This document shows, in pieces, positions 47,121 to 57,336 of a stretch of 64,000 nt of DNA (positions are counted from its first letter, which is position 1; each line of letters starts with the position of its first letter). Source of the stretch: Deltaproteobacteria bacterium (GTDB lineage Bacteria > Desulfobacterota > Syntrophia > Syntrophales > Smithellaceae). The notes under the pieces were generated by a model. The model was not told the origin of the DNA, ran no database searches, and saw nothing but the letters and a program-made list of their open reading frames with translations. The stretch covers positions 1,839 through 65,838 of the forward strand of contig JAAYDW010000032.1 of the NCBI GenBank assembly GCA_012729055.1. Reading direction: 5' to 3'. Made by a program: the position numbers and the translations under genes.

Positions 47121-48050
47121 TTGTTTATGCAAATGCCGTTTCGCTCAAATGATATCATGCTGGTGACGGTGGTGATCGCCTCGATGGCCGCCGCCGTCCT
47201 TTTCCCCGATTTCGGCGCCCGCTTTGCGGCGTTTCCCGTCTATTGCCTGATGGTCAACTTTTTTCTGAGTTACCTCTCCATTGATCTGGCCGACGTCTGG
47301 AAGGCGCTTCGGGGCCACGTCCGGGAGATCCTGGGCTTCACGGTGCTCAAACTCGCGCTTCTGCCGGTGGCGCTTTACGGGCTCTTCTGGGTCGCGGCGC
47401 CCCGGTACGCCCTTGCCGCTCTTCTTTTGACAGGTGTTTCCACCGGTGTGGTTTCGCCGATGATTTCCAACATGGTCAAGGGCAATTCATCGCTGGTTCT
47501 CGTGGTTGTGGTGATCACGTCGGCGCTGGCGCCCTTTACGCTGCCGATTCTCGTCAAGCTCCTGCTCGCCCGGGAAATGGCGATTTCCTTCTGGGCCATG
47601 CTCAAGCTGCTCGCGACCGTCATGTTTATTCCGATTGTCCTGGTCGAGATCATCCGCTATTGGACGCCCCGGCTGATTGCGCCGATTATGAAAATTTCGT
47701 TTCCCGTATCGCTTCTGATGTTCGCCGTCATCAACCTGGGCGTATTTTACCGTTATGCGTTCTTTTTCCAGGAGAAGCCTTCCGAAATTCTGGCCGCGAC
47801 GGGAGTGGTGTTTTTCCTGGCGGCGATTTACTGCGCCGTCGGCATCTTCTTCTTTCGCAGAGGCCCGCTCCACAATCATCTGGCCGGCGCGGTCATGCTC
47901 GGCAACATCAACAACGTACTCGTGATCGTCTTCTCTTCCGCGTTCTTCGGTCCGCTTGAGCCGCTGGTCGCCGCCATGTACACGATTCCTTTTTTTGTTC
48001 TTATCCTTCCGCTGCGCTACTACCGGCGCCGCAAAGCCTCAACCCCCTGA
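47121..48050 (+). CDS. bile acid:sodium symporter (BASS) family transporter
   Basis: Polytopic membrane protein with BASS-like pattern. The real start is probably ATG 47127 or 47133 rather than TTG 47121. Confidence 0.75.
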   Translation: MFMQMPFRSNDIMLVTVVIASMAAAVLFPDFGARFAAFPVYCLMVNFFLSYLSIDLADVWKALRGHVREILGFTVLKLALLPVALYGLFWVAAPRYALAALLLTGVSTGVVSPMISNMVKGNSSLVLVVVVITSALAPFTLPILVKLLLAREMAISFWAMLKLLATVMFIPIVLVEIIRYWTPRLIAPIMKISFPVSLLMFAVINLGVFYRYAFFFQEKPSEILAATGVVFFLAAIYCAVGIFFFRRGPLHNHLAGAVMLGNINNVLVIVFSSAFFGPLEPLVAAMYTIPFFVLILPLRYYRRRKASTP

Positions 48051-48154
48051 ACGACGGTTTTTCGGAAAAAGCGAATCTTTCCCGCTTCTGACGCGCCCCC
48101 GACGGTGACGCGCGCCCGTCCGTGGCCGCGGAGGAGAAAAAAATATTTTTCCCG

Positions 48155-48183
48155 TTGACAAATGTTTACATATATGAAATAAA
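48155..48183 (+). promoter_or_regulatory. putative promoter of the XRE-cupin regulator / liv operon (TTGACA-N17-AATAAA)
   Basis: Consensus -35 but weak -10, in an AT-rich region. Confidence 0.4.
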
Positions 48184-48257
48184 AGTTTCCCAGCAGTTAA
48201 CGATGTGATGAACCATCACCGGTTTTAGGCGAAAAAAAACGGCAGAGGTTTCCTTTC

Positions 48258-48839
48258 ATGATACAAAGACCCGTTATCAATGAAGCAGACATCGGTAAAA
48301 GAATCAAATCGCTGAGGAACAAGAAGCGCATTACGCTCGAAAGCTTTGCGGCTCAGACCGGTTTCACCAAGGGGTATTTATCCAAGGTGGAAACCTCTTC
48401 CAAGGCGCCTCCCGTCTCCACACTTGGGATCATCGCCCGTGCGCTGGGCGTCAACATTTCCACCCTTCTGGGAGAAGACAGTCTAACCACCTCCCTGTGT
48501 CTGGTCAAGAAAGACGAAAGACCCCTCATCACGCGAAATGGCAGCAGTGTGGGGTATTCCTACGAAGCGGTGGCCCACAAGTTTAAAAACAAAACGATGG
48601 ACCCTTTTGTTCTGACGCTTCCTTTTAAAACGAAGAAAAAAATTATTTATCAGCATGAAGGCCAGGAGTTGCTCTTCGTCCTGGAGGGGACGATGAAGTT
48701 TCGCTATGGCGCGGAGGAGATCATCGTCGAAGAAGGTGACTGTATTTACTTTGATTCCAGTGTGCCCCATTACGGAGAATCCACGGGAACAATACCGGTC
48801 AAATGTTTCATGGTCATCGCCAACGCCGACGATGCATAA
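48258..48839 (+). CDS. XRE-family HTH regulator with C-terminal cupin domain
   Basis: HTH_3 region (IGKRIKSLRNKKRITLESFAAQTGFTKGYLSKVE) and cupin block (GDCIYFDSSVPHYGE). Confidence 0.85.
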   Translation: MIQRPVINEADIGKRIKSLRNKKRITLESFAAQTGFTKGYLSKVETSSKAPPVSTLGIIARALGVNISTLLGEDSLTTSLCLVKKDERPLITRNGSSVGYSYEAVAHKFKNKTMDPFVLTLPFKTKKKIIYQHEGQELLFVLEGTMKFRYGAEEIIVEEGDCIYFDSSVPHYGESTGTIPVKCFMVIANADDA

Positions 48840-48919
48840 AAAAATTACAGGCGGTTGCGGCTCCAAGAACGGGGCAGACGAAGTTCCGCGGACAACAACC
48901 GCAGCAGAAAGGAAGGGAT

Positions 48920-49783
48920 ATGAGCGAATTTCTCGTCTTTTTTCTTCATGGTCTTGCCTATGCCGGGCTTCTTTTTCTGGTGTCCGCCGGACTCACCCTC
49001 GTGTTCGGAATGATGAACGTTCTGAACTTTGCCCACGCGGCCATGTACATGTTAGGCGCGTATTTCTCCTACACGATCGTCATGCAGCTGACCGGCCAGT
49101 TCTGGATGTCGCTGATGATTTGTCCGGTCATCCTGTTTGTGATCGGGGCGGTGGTCGAACGGTTTCTGCTGCGGCGTGTCCACCGGTATGGCCACGTGCA
49201 GGAACTGCTCCTGACGTTCGGACTGGCCTATATCATCACGGAACTGGTCAAATGGTACTGGGGAAACTATCCGCTGGCCATTAACGTCACCGGTTTTCTC
49301 AACGGAACGGTTTCCATCTTCGGGATCATTTATCCCATGTACCGGATTTTCATTTTTGTCTGCGCCATCCTGGTCGGCGGCGTCATGGCGCTGGTGCTTT
49401 ATAAAACCCGTCTGGGCATCATTCTCCGGGCGGCGGTCAACGACAGCGAGATGACCAACACCCTGGGCGTCAACGTGCCGCTGGTCTTCATGGGCGTGTT
49501 TGCCTTCGGCGCGGCGCTCTCGGGTTTCGCCGGCGTGATAGCGGGGCCGCTCCTGTCGACTTTTCCGGGCATGGCGCAGGAAATCCTGCTCGACGCCTTC
49601 GTCGTCATCGTTGTGGGAGGCTTTGGAAGTCTGGGGGGCGCCATTCTGGCCTCGCTTATCATCGGCGAACTCCAGTCCTTCGGCGTTTTGCTGTTTCCGA
49701 AGCTGTCCATGGCGCTGGTTTATCTGCTGATGGCGGCCGTTCTGATCATTAAACCGTCGGGCCTGTTTGGCGAGGAGTCATGA
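48920..49783 (+). CDS. livH: branched-chain-amino-acid-type ABC transporter permease (LivH-like)
   Basis: ATG 48920 is preceded by GGAAGGGA. LivH-type N-terminus GLAYAGLLFLVSAGLTLVFGMMNVLNFAH. Confidence 0.9.
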   Translation: MSEFLVFFLHGLAYAGLLFLVSAGLTLVFGMMNVLNFAHAAMYMLGAYFSYTIVMQLTGQFWMSLMICPVILFVIGAVVERFLLRRVHRYGHVQELLLTFGLAYIITELVKWYWGNYPLAINVTGFLNGTVSIFGIIYPMYRIFIFVCAILVGGVMALVLYKTRLGIILRAAVNDSEMTNTLGVNVPLVFMGVFAFGAALSGFAGVIAGPLLSTFPGMAQEILLDAFVVIVVGGFGSLGGAILASLIIGELQSFGVLLFPKLSMALVYLLMAAVLIIKPSGLFGEES

Positions 49784-50787
49784 TGAAACAGAAAAGCATT
49801 TCCCTGATCACCATTGTCGTATTGTTTGCGGTGGCAGCCGTCATGCCCGCCGTACTCAAGCAGTATCATTTGAACATGCTCACGGAAATCATCATTTTTG
49901 CGCTGTATGCCGTGAGCTACAACCTGCTGCTCGGCTATGCCGGTCTGCTTTCCTTCGGGCATGCCTCGTTTTTCGGCCTGGCCGCCTTTGCGACGGCCGT
50001 GTCCATCATTAATATTCCGGGGCTGTCCATCTGGAACGTCATTCTGATCAGCGTGGCGGTGACCACTCTGGCCGGCTTTGCCTTGGGAGGACTGCTCCTG
50101 CGGCATAAAGGCGCCTACTTTGCCCTGTTGACGCTGGCCTTCAACTCCATTCTTTTTGCCATCGCGACCAAGTGGCACTCCGTCACCGGCGGCGACGACG
50201 GTCTCAGCATCACGCGGCCGGATCTCAGTCTGGGATTTACGACCATTCCGCTGGCGAGTCTCACAAACTTCTATTATCTCACGCTGGTGGTGCTGGGGCT
50301 GGCCATCATTTTCTGCTGGTATTTTACGAAGACAGCGATGGGCCAGACGGTGCTGCTCATGCGCGAAAACGAAGACCGGATGAAATTTCTGGGATACAAC
50401 ACCAACATCAGCCGGCTGATCCTTTTTACGTTTTCAGGCGCCGTGGCCGGTCTGGCCGGTATTTTTTACACGTTCCATTTTCAGTTCGTTTCCATTTCGG
50501 CCATCAGCGGCGATATGTCCACGACGGTTCTGCTGATCGCTTTTGTCGGGGGGACGAAAAAATTCTGGGGGCCCATTCTCGGCGCGTTCGTTTACATCAT
50601 CCTCCAGAACTACTTAAGTGATGTCACGGACCGCTGGCCGCTTGTCATGGGGATGATCTTCGTCCTGATGGTGCTGTTCGTCCCCGGCGGCCTCTCCGAC
50701 GTGATCACGAATCTGTGGCATAAGTTCTTCGGCAAGAAGGATGACAAAGACGGGAAACTCACCACGGCAGAGGAGGTGAGACCATGA
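49780..50787 (+). CDS. livM: branched-chain-amino-acid-type ABC transporter permease (LivM-like)
   Basis: Block NLLLGYAGLLSFGHASFFGL. ATGA overlap with livH. Confidence 0.9.
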   Translation: MMKQKSISLITIVVLFAVAAVMPAVLKQYHLNMLTEIIIFALYAVSYNLLLGYAGLLSFGHASFFGLAAFATAVSIINIPGLSIWNVILISVAVTTLAGFALGGLLLRHKGAYFALLTLAFNSILFAIATKWHSVTGGDDGLSITRPDLSLGFTTIPLASLTNFYYLTLVVLGLAIIFCWYFTKTAMGQTVLLMRENEDRMKFLGYNTNISRLILFTFSGAVAGLAGIFYTFHFQFVSISAISGDMSTTVLLIAFVGGTKKFWGPILGAFVYIILQNYLSDVTDRWPLVMGMIFVLMVLFVPGGLSDVITNLWHKFFGKKDDKDGKLTTAEEVRP

Positions 50788-51527
50788 GCGATTATCTTCA
50801 TATTCAGAATATTCACAAGGATTTCTCGGGACTGAAAGTCCTGACCGGCGTTGATTTCAAAGTCCGGGAAAAAGAGCGTCACGCCGTCATCGGGCCCAAC
50901 GGGGCAGGGAAGACGACGCTGTTCAACATCATCAGCGGCAAGTTCAAACCGTCCTCCGGCGCCATCCTGCTCAGGGGCGAGGACATTTCGGGAAAGCCGG
51001 CGGATGTTTTGAACCGCCATGGTCTTTCGCGGTCTTTTCAGATCACCAATGTCTTTCAGGAGCTGAGCGTTTTCGACAATATCCTGACGGGCGTGCGTTC
51101 CCGGCACGGACTGCGCTATCATTTTTTCAGAAAGCCCGCCATGAACCGGGTTCTGACCGAAAAAACGGAAGCCATCCTCGAGAAAGTCGGCCTTGCCGAC
51201 GTCAAGGACCAGCCCGCCAGTTCCCTGTCCTACGGGCAGCAGCGGGCGCTGGAAATCGGCATCACGCTTTCCACGGAACCGGAGCTGATTCTGCTCGATG
51301 AACCGACGGCGGGCATGACGCGCGAGGAAACGGAGCATGCCATTAAAATGATCGATCAGGTCACCGCCGGCCTGACCTTGATTATTATCGAGCATGACAT
51401 GGACGTCGTTTTTTCGCTGGCCGATACGATTTCCGTTCTTCATTACGGAACGATTCTCGTCTGCGACGCGCCGGACAAGATCCGCTGCGACCAGCGCGTA
51501 AAAGACGCTTATCTGGGGGAAGGATAA
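50784..51527 (+). CDS. livG: ABC transporter ATP-binding protein (LivG-like)
   Basis: Walker A GPNGAGKTT, signature LSYGQQRALE, Walker B LILLDEP. Confidence 0.9.
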   Translation: MSDYLHIQNIHKDFSGLKVLTGVDFKVREKERHAVIGPNGAGKTTLFNIISGKFKPSSGAILLRGEDISGKPADVLNRHGLSRSFQITNVFQELSVFDNILTGVRSRHGLRYHFFRKPAMNRVLTEKTEAILEKVGLADVKDQPASSLSYGQQRALEIGITLSTEPELILLDEPTAGMTREETEHAIKMIDQVTAGLTLIIIEHDMDVVFSLADTISVLHYGTILVCDAPDKIRCDQRVKDAYLGEG

Positions 51528-51529
51528 TC

Positions 51530-52237
51530 ATGTTAGAAGTCAAGGGTGTTCACAGCTACTACGGCAAGAGCCATATCCTGCATGGCGTTTCTCTGGAACT
51601 CAAGGAAGGCGAGCTGGTCTGTCTGCTCGGCAGAAACGGCGTCGGCAAGTCCACGACCCTCAAGAGCATCATGGGCGTGGTTCGGCCCGCCGCGGGCAGC
51701 GTCCGGTTTCGCGGCCAGGAGCTGTGCGGCAAAGAGCCCTACAAGATTGCCCGCCTGGGCCTCGGATACGTTCCCGAAGACCGGCGCATCTTCCGCAGCC
51801 TGACCGTTCATGAAAATCTGCTGATGGGCATTAAAAGCGGACGGCAATCCGCCGAAGGAGAGGCGTGGAGCGTTGAGAAAGTTTATCGGTTGTTCCCCCG
51901 CCTGGAAGAGCGGAAGAACAACAAGGGCGGCCACTTGTCCGGCGGCGAGCAGCAGATGCTGACCGTGGTGCGGACGCTGATGGGCAATCCCCGCCTGATT
52001 CTGGTGGACGAACCGACGGAAGGCCTCGCTCCTCTGATCGTCAAGGACGTTCTGGAAATGCTGATTACCGTCCGTCAATCGGGCGTCACCGTGCTGATGG
52101 TGGAGCAGAATTTCAACGCGGCCATCAAAGTTGCGGACCGCTTCTACATTATGAGTAAAGGGGCTATCGTTTTTTCCGGAAACCGGGAAGAACTGATGGC
52201 GGCGGAGGAGGTGAGAAAAAACTACCTCGAGGTATGA
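51530..52237 (+). CDS. livF: ABC transporter ATP-binding protein (LivF-like)
   Basis: Walker A GRNGVGKST, signature LSGGEQQML, Walker B LILVDEP. Confidence 0.9.
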   Translation: MLEVKGVHSYYGKSHILHGVSLELKEGELVCLLGRNGVGKSTTLKSIMGVVRPAAGSVRFRGQELCGKEPYKIARLGLGYVPEDRRIFRSLTVHENLLMGIKSGRQSAEGEAWSVEKVYRLFPRLEERKNNKGGHLSGGEQQMLTVVRTLMGNPRLILVDEPTEGLAPLIVKDVLEMLITVRQSGVTVLMVEQNFNAAIKVADRFYIMSKGAIVFSGNREELMAAEEVRKNYLEV

Positions 52238-52362
52238 TCGCCCGCGCCTCCCCGCTGGGACCGGAAGGAGACGCGATTAAGAAAGCGGCATAGGGAGTCA
52301 ATGCATTTTTGCATTTGGCAAGGAGAGCAAAACGACCAAAACAATGCAATGGGAGGTGGAGT

Positions 52363-53577
52363 ATGAGCAAGAAGCTGGTTTACGGTTTATGTTTTCTGTT
52401 TGCAGTCCTCATGATGTCATGGCCTGTTTCTTCCGGGGCTGCGGAGGACACCATCAAGATCGGGGCGACGGAGCCGCTGTCCGGAACCTTCAAGGACATC
52501 GGGGAACGTTATCTGGACGGCGTGGTGTATGCCGCGCAGTTGATCAATGAGAGCGGCGGATTGCTGGGCAAGAAAGTGGAAGTGGTTCCGATCGATTCGG
52601 AACTGAAGCCCGACGTGGCGACCCGCAAGGCGCAAAACCTGATTCTGCGCGACGGCGTGAAGTTTTTCTGCGGCGGCACGGGAAGCTCCGTCGGAGCCGC
52701 CATGGCCCAGCTTGCGGAAAGACAGAACGTCATCATGTTCACTTACGGCATGGACGCGGCCAGCATGACAGGCGTCAAGTGCAACAAGAACTTCTTCCGC
52801 CCCGGCGGAAGCACGGACGGCCGTTCTTTCGCATTGGCTGAGCTCATCGTGAAATTGGGCTACAAGAAAATCGCCATCATCGCCCAGGATTACTCTTTCG
52901 GCCAGGAAGCGCTGGCGGCGTTCAAGAAAAGAGTCGCCAAGATCAGTCCGGCGACGAAAATTGTGGTCGAACTGTATCACCCCGCCGGCACCAAGGATTA
53001 CGGTCCCTACGTCAGCCAGATCATCGCGGCCAAACCGGATGTCATTTTTACGCCGAACTGGGGTAACGACCTTACGCTGCTGCTCAAACAGGGCCGTCCC
53101 ATGGGAATGAGCCAGAAGGTCTTTTCCTATTACATCAATGATGAAGTCACGATTGAAGCGCTGGGCAACGACAGCCTCATGATCGGCAACATGGGCGCGG
53201 AAATTTACACCCTTTCCATTCCCACGAAGAAAAACGAAGCGTTTGTCGCCAAGTTTTACAAGGACAAGGGCTACTATCCGACCTGGCTGCGCGGAAAGGC
53301 GTTCATCGCCACGATGTTCTGGGCGGAAGCCGTTAAAAAGGCGGGGACGACGGATGTCGCGGCGGTCATCAAGGCCTGGGAAGGCCTGACCTATGACGGG
53401 CCGGCCGGCCTCTGGACGATGAGAGCCTGCGATCACCAGGCGCAGGTTCCCTACTGGTACACGGAAATTGTGCCCAAAACGAAGTATTTTAAGCACGCTT
53501 TTGAGGCGCCCAAGGGAATGATCTCCGCGAAAGCGGTGGAAGTGCCTTGTGCGGAAACAGGCTGCAAGATGAAGTAG
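52363..53577 (+). CDS. periplasmic Leu/Ile/Val-type (Peripla_BP_6) substrate-binding protein
   Basis: ATG 52363 is preceded by GGGAGGTGGA, followed by a signal peptide. Paralogous to 29366..30850. Confidence 0.85.
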   Translation: MSKKLVYGLCFLFAVLMMSWPVSSGAAEDTIKIGATEPLSGTFKDIGERYLDGVVYAAQLINESGGLLGKKVEVVPIDSELKPDVATRKAQNLILRDGVKFFCGGTGSSVGAAMAQLAERQNVIMFTYGMDAASMTGVKCNKNFFRPGGSTDGRSFALAELIVKLGYKKIAIIAQDYSFGQEALAAFKKRVAKISPATKIVVELYHPAGTKDYGPYVSQIIAAKPDVIFTPNWGNDLTLLLKQGRPMGMSQKVFSYYINDEVTIEALGNDSLMIGNMGAEIYTLSIPTKKNEAFVAKFYKDKGYYPTWLRGKAFIATMFWAEAVKKAGTTDVAAVIKAWEGLTYDGPAGLWTMRACDHQAQVPYWYTEIVPKTKYFKHAFEAPKGMISAKAVEVPCAETGCKMK

Positions 53578-53767
53578 CGATTTCCCAAAAAGCGGCGGCG
53601 ACTTTCGTTGCGGGTCTTAACGACGGAAGACGCCGGAAACCTGAACATTAACTGTCCATCCGCCTTATGAACCGGTCCCGGATGCCCTTCCGGGCGAAGG
53701 GGCCCTTTCATGAGGCGAGGGGCAATCGAGGCAGCAGGAAGCAAACCGAACAGTGAGGATGATACAT

Positions 53768-54817
53768 ATGGGAGAAGCAAGCGGTAAGGTCATGAGCGCG
53801 CGGGAAGCGATAGAAAAATTCGTCCATGACGGCGACGAAGTGGTGATCGGCAATTATACCGTGGGCAGCTGCGCCGAACTGGTCTATGAAATCATCAGGC
53901 AAGGCAGGAAAGGCTTCACCCTGTATTCGCAATCCGGCATTTTTGATGTCGAAGTGCTGGTCGCCGGCGGGTGCGTCAATCGCCTGGTGACGACGTACGT
54001 GCTGCGTTCCGGCGGCAAAAAGGGCGGCTCCGCCGTCGAGCGGGCCCTGAATGCAGGAACCCTGGAGATTGAGGATTACACCAATTTTGAATATAACGCC
54101 CGCCTGGTTGCCGGTATGCACGGATTCACCTTCATGCCGGTGCTGGAAGGGGTGAGGGTGACGGATATCTTCCGCAAACGCGGGTTTATGGGCGAAAACA
54201 AATTTCAGATCATCTCCTGCCCCTATACGCGCCGGGAGATCGTTACGGTGCCCGCAGCGACTCCGGATGTCTGCGTCATTCATGTGCAGCGGGCGGATAC
54301 AGACGGCAACGCCCAGTACTGGGGGGCGATGGGCAGCGTGGCCGCGGCGGCTTTGTCCAGCAAAAAAATCATCGTCTCCTGTGAAGAAATCGTCGAGCAT
54401 GACATCATCCAGTCAAGCCCCCATCTGACGATCATTCCGGCCTATCGCGTCAACGCCGTCGTGGAGGTTCCCTGGGGCGCCCATCCCACAGAGGTGCTGG
54501 GATATTACAACGTGGATACTTTCATGTACAACGGATTGTTTACCGCGGCGGCGGCAACCGCAGACGGCCTTGCCGCCTGGATGGACGAATGGGTTTACGG
54601 TTGCCCGGACCGGACGGCCTACATCGATCGTTACATCCAGCGGTTCGGCGTTGAAACGCTAAACGAACTGCGCGCCCGGCCCCTTTACTCCGCTCCCGCC
54701 AATTACGGAGCGGCGTTCACGTCGCACTGGGACCATGAGGGCAGGGAGAGAAGCATGGGCGTAACCCTTCCACAGTTGGAGAAATTATTGAAAGAGAGGG
54801 GGAAGCTGTATGAGTAA
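53768..54817 (+). CDS. CoA-transferase subunit A (glutaconate CoA-transferase GctA-like)
   Basis: Family I CoA-transferase alpha pattern (KVMSAREAIEKFVHDGDEVVIG...). ATG 53768 has GAGGA upstream; the ORF-track start is 53753. Confidence 0.85.
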   Translation: MGEASGKVMSAREAIEKFVHDGDEVVIGNYTVGSCAELVYEIIRQGRKGFTLYSQSGIFDVEVLVAGGCVNRLVTTYVLRSGGKKGGSAVERALNAGTLEIEDYTNFEYNARLVAGMHGFTFMPVLEGVRVTDIFRKRGFMGENKFQIISCPYTRREIVTVPAATPDVCVIHVQRADTDGNAQYWGAMGSVAAAALSSKKIIVSCEEIVEHDIIQSSPHLTIIPAYRVNAVVEVPWGAHPTEVLGYYNVDTFMYNGLFTAAAATADGLAAWMDEWVYGCPDRTAYIDRYIQRFGVETLNELRARPLYSAPANYGAAFTSHWDHEGRERSMGVTLPQLEKLLKERGKLYE

Positions 54818-55643
54818 ACCCTATACACTGGACGAACTGCTGGCGATTGCCGTGGCCAGAGAAATTCACGATTATGAAAACGTGGTGCTGGGAGTCGGCG
54901 TGCCCATGACGGCCGGCGCCCTGGCCAAAGCGCTCTTCGCGCCGCACGCGACGCTGATGATGGAATCGGGAATTGTGGATATTCGTCCGCTTCTGTCATT
55001 GAACAACATCGCCGATGCCCACTCGGCGCGCGGATTCTCTTACGCCACGGATCTTTTCTCCGCCTTTACCGCAACCTACCGCGGCTTTGTGGATGTCTGC
55101 TTTCTCGGCGTGGCGCAGGTCGATAAATTCGGCAATCTAAACACCACCGTGATCGGCGACTATGAAAAACCGACGATGCGCCTGCCGGGATCCGGCGGAG
55201 CGGCGGATTTCATTGCCTATTCCAAGCGGACGGTCCTGACCATGCGCGGCGGGACCTTTGTCAACAAGCTCGACTATTTCACGTCACCGGGCTATCTGGA
55301 CGGCGGCGACAGCCGCGACCGAACCGGGCTTTTCCCCCAGGGTTCCGGGCCTTCGGCGCTCATCAGCACGAAGGGTGTTTTCCGGTTCGATCCGGCAACG
55401 AAGGAAATGTATCTGGCCGAAATTTTTCCGGCTGTCGACATCGAATCCATCAAAAAGGACATTCCCTGGGAGTTGAAAGTGGCATCCGACCTGAGCGTGA
55501 CCCAACGGCCCAGCGACGAGGAAATCGATTTCATCCGTAATTTCGCACCGGAGCTGTCCGCCGGCCGCGAGCTTGCCGCAGATCTGCGCGCCGCCCGCCT
55601 CCGGAATAAAGCGGAACAGCGCGCCCGGAAGCATGTCTCTTAA
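54810..55643 (+). CDS. CoA-transferase subunit B (GctB-like)
   Basis: MMESGIV block containing the expected catalytic Glu. Overlaps the subunit A stop. Confidence 0.85.
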   Translation: MSKPYTLDELLAIAVAREIHDYENVVLGVGVPMTAGALAKALFAPHATLMMESGIVDIRPLLSLNNIADAHSARGFSYATDLFSAFTATYRGFVDVCFLGVAQVDKFGNLNTTVIGDYEKPTMRLPGSGGAADFIAYSKRTVLTMRGGTFVNKLDYFTSPGYLDGGDSRDRTGLFPQGSGPSALISTKGVFRFDPATKEMYLAEIFPAVDIESIKKDIPWELKVASDLSVTQRPSDEEIDFIRNFAPELSAGRELAADLRAARLRNKAEQRARKHVS

Positions 55644-55663
55644 GCGGCGCGCAGGAGGTATTT

Positions 55664-56425
55664 ATGAAACTGAAAAATAAAGTTGCCATTATCACCGGCG
55701 CCAGCAAAGGCATCGGCAAGGCCATTGCCGTCCGGTTCGCCCGTGAGGGCGCGTCGGTCGTGGTGGCCAGCCGTTCGCTCGACGCGCTGGAAAAAGTGGC
55801 GCAGGAGATCAAAAGCGCCGGCGGAGAGGCTTCGGCGATTACCGTCAACGTGCGGAACGCGGAAAGCATCAACGAACTGGTTCAAAAAACCGTCGACCGG
55901 TACGGCCGTCTCGACCTGCTGGTCAACAACGCCGGCGTCACCATGGGCAGCCCTTCCGAAGACCTGTCGCCGGAGGACTGGCGGGCCGCCATGGAAACCG
56001 ATCTGTTCGGCGTTTTTTTTGCCTGTCAGGCGGCGGCGCGCATCATGATTCCCCAGGGCGGCGGCAACATTATCAACATTTCCTCGGTCAACGGAATTCT
56101 CGCCGCGCCCAGGCGGGCCGCCTATTGCGCCAGCAAGGCGGCGGTGAACGAACTGACCAAGGTGCTGGCCATCGAATGGGCCGACCGGAAGATCCGCGTC
56201 AACGCCATCGCGCCTGGGTACGTGCGCACGGAACTGGTCCAGGATGTCATCGATAAAGGGGCCATTTCCATGGAGGCCATTTTGAGAAGAACGCCCCAGC
56301 ACCGCATCGGGGAGGTGGAGGATATCGCCGGTCTGGCCGTCTATATCGCCGGCGAAGAGTCGTCCTATATGACCGGCAGCATCGTCAATATCGATGGCGG
56401 TTGGCTGGCGTACGGGTATTTGTAA
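55664..56425 (+). CDS. SDR family oxidoreductase (FabG / 3-hydroxy-acid or 3-hydroxyacyl-CoA dehydrogenase-like)
   Basis: TGASKGIG, NNAG, and the YCASKAA YxxxK motif. Confidence 0.9.
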   Translation: MKLKNKVAIITGASKGIGKAIAVRFAREGASVVVASRSLDALEKVAQEIKSAGGEASAITVNVRNAESINELVQKTVDRYGRLDLLVNNAGVTMGSPSEDLSPEDWRAAMETDLFGVFFACQAAARIMIPQGGGNIINISSVNGILAAPRRAAYCASKAAVNELTKVLAIEWADRKIRVNAIAPGYVRTELVQDVIDKGAISMEAILRRTPQHRIGEVEDIAGLAVYIAGEESSYMTGSIVNIDGGWLAYGYL

Positions 56426-56454
56426 ATGGGTTTCAAAGACGGAGAAGGAGTACG

Positions 56455-57315
56455 ATGATGACACAGAAGATTACCGTTATCGGAGCGGGGACGATGGGTT
56501 CGGGCATCGCCCAGGTTGCCGTGGAAGCGGGATTTCAGGTGATCCTGGTGGACACGGACAAGCAGTTCGTGGACCGGGGGGTTGCCAATATACGCAAATT
56601 TTTAGGCAAGAAAGTCGAAAAAGGCAAGCTGACGCAGGACCAGCTCGATGGGATGCTGTCGCGTCTGACCGGCGCAACGGACATGGCCGCCGCGGCAGCG
56701 GGCGCGATCATGGTCGTAGAGGCGGTTTTCGAGAAATTTGAGCTTAAGAAAGACATTTTTCAGAAGCTCGATGCCCTGTGCCCGCCGGAGGTCATCCTGG
56801 CCAGCAATACCTCGACGTTGAGCATTTCGTCGATTGCCGCCGCTGCGAAGATACCGGGGCGGGTGATCGGCACCCACTATTTCAGCCCGGTTCCCGCCAT
56901 GCGCCTGGTAGAAGTCATTCGGGGCAGGGAAACCACCGACGACACGGCCGAGCGGACCGTGGAGCTGTGCCGGAAGTTCGGCAAGACGCCGATCGTCGTC
57001 AAGGACATTCCCGGCTTCATCGTCAACCGGTTTTTGTGCCTGATCTACAACGAGGCGGCGGACATGATTGCCCGGGGCGATTCGACGGCGCAAGACATTG
57101 ACCAGGCCATGAAGCTGGGCTGCAACTGGCCGATGGGGATCACCGAGATTATCGATCTGGCGGGCGTGGATGTGTGCGCCAACGCCATCGAAGCCATGTA
57201 CCAGATGACGGGAGAAGAGCGCTACAAACCGTCTCCCCTTTTTGAAAAGATGCTGTCTGAGAAGAAGCTGGGCCGGAAAACGGGCGAAGGCTTTTACAAA
57301 TACGACACCAAGTAA
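56455..57315 (+). CDS. hbd: 3-hydroxybutyryl-CoA / 3-hydroxyacyl-CoA dehydrogenase (NAD-binding)
   Basis: ITVIGAGTMGSGIAQV Rossmann motif and the SNTSTLSI block. ATG 56455 is preceded by GGAGAAGGAG. Confidence 0.9.
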   Translation: MMTQKITVIGAGTMGSGIAQVAVEAGFQVILVDTDKQFVDRGVANIRKFLGKKVEKGKLTQDQLDGMLSRLTGATDMAAAAAGAIMVVEAVFEKFELKKDIFQKLDALCPPEVILASNTSTLSISSIAAAAKIPGRVIGTHYFSPVPAMRLVEVIRGRETTDDTAERTVELCRKFGKTPIVVKDIPGFIVNRFLCLIYNEAADMIARGDSTAQDIDQAMKLGCNWPMGITEIIDLAGVDVCANAIEAMYQMTGEERYKPSPLFEKMLSEKKLGRKTGEGFYKYDTK

Positions 57316-57336
57316 AGCAAACAGGAGATAAAGGGA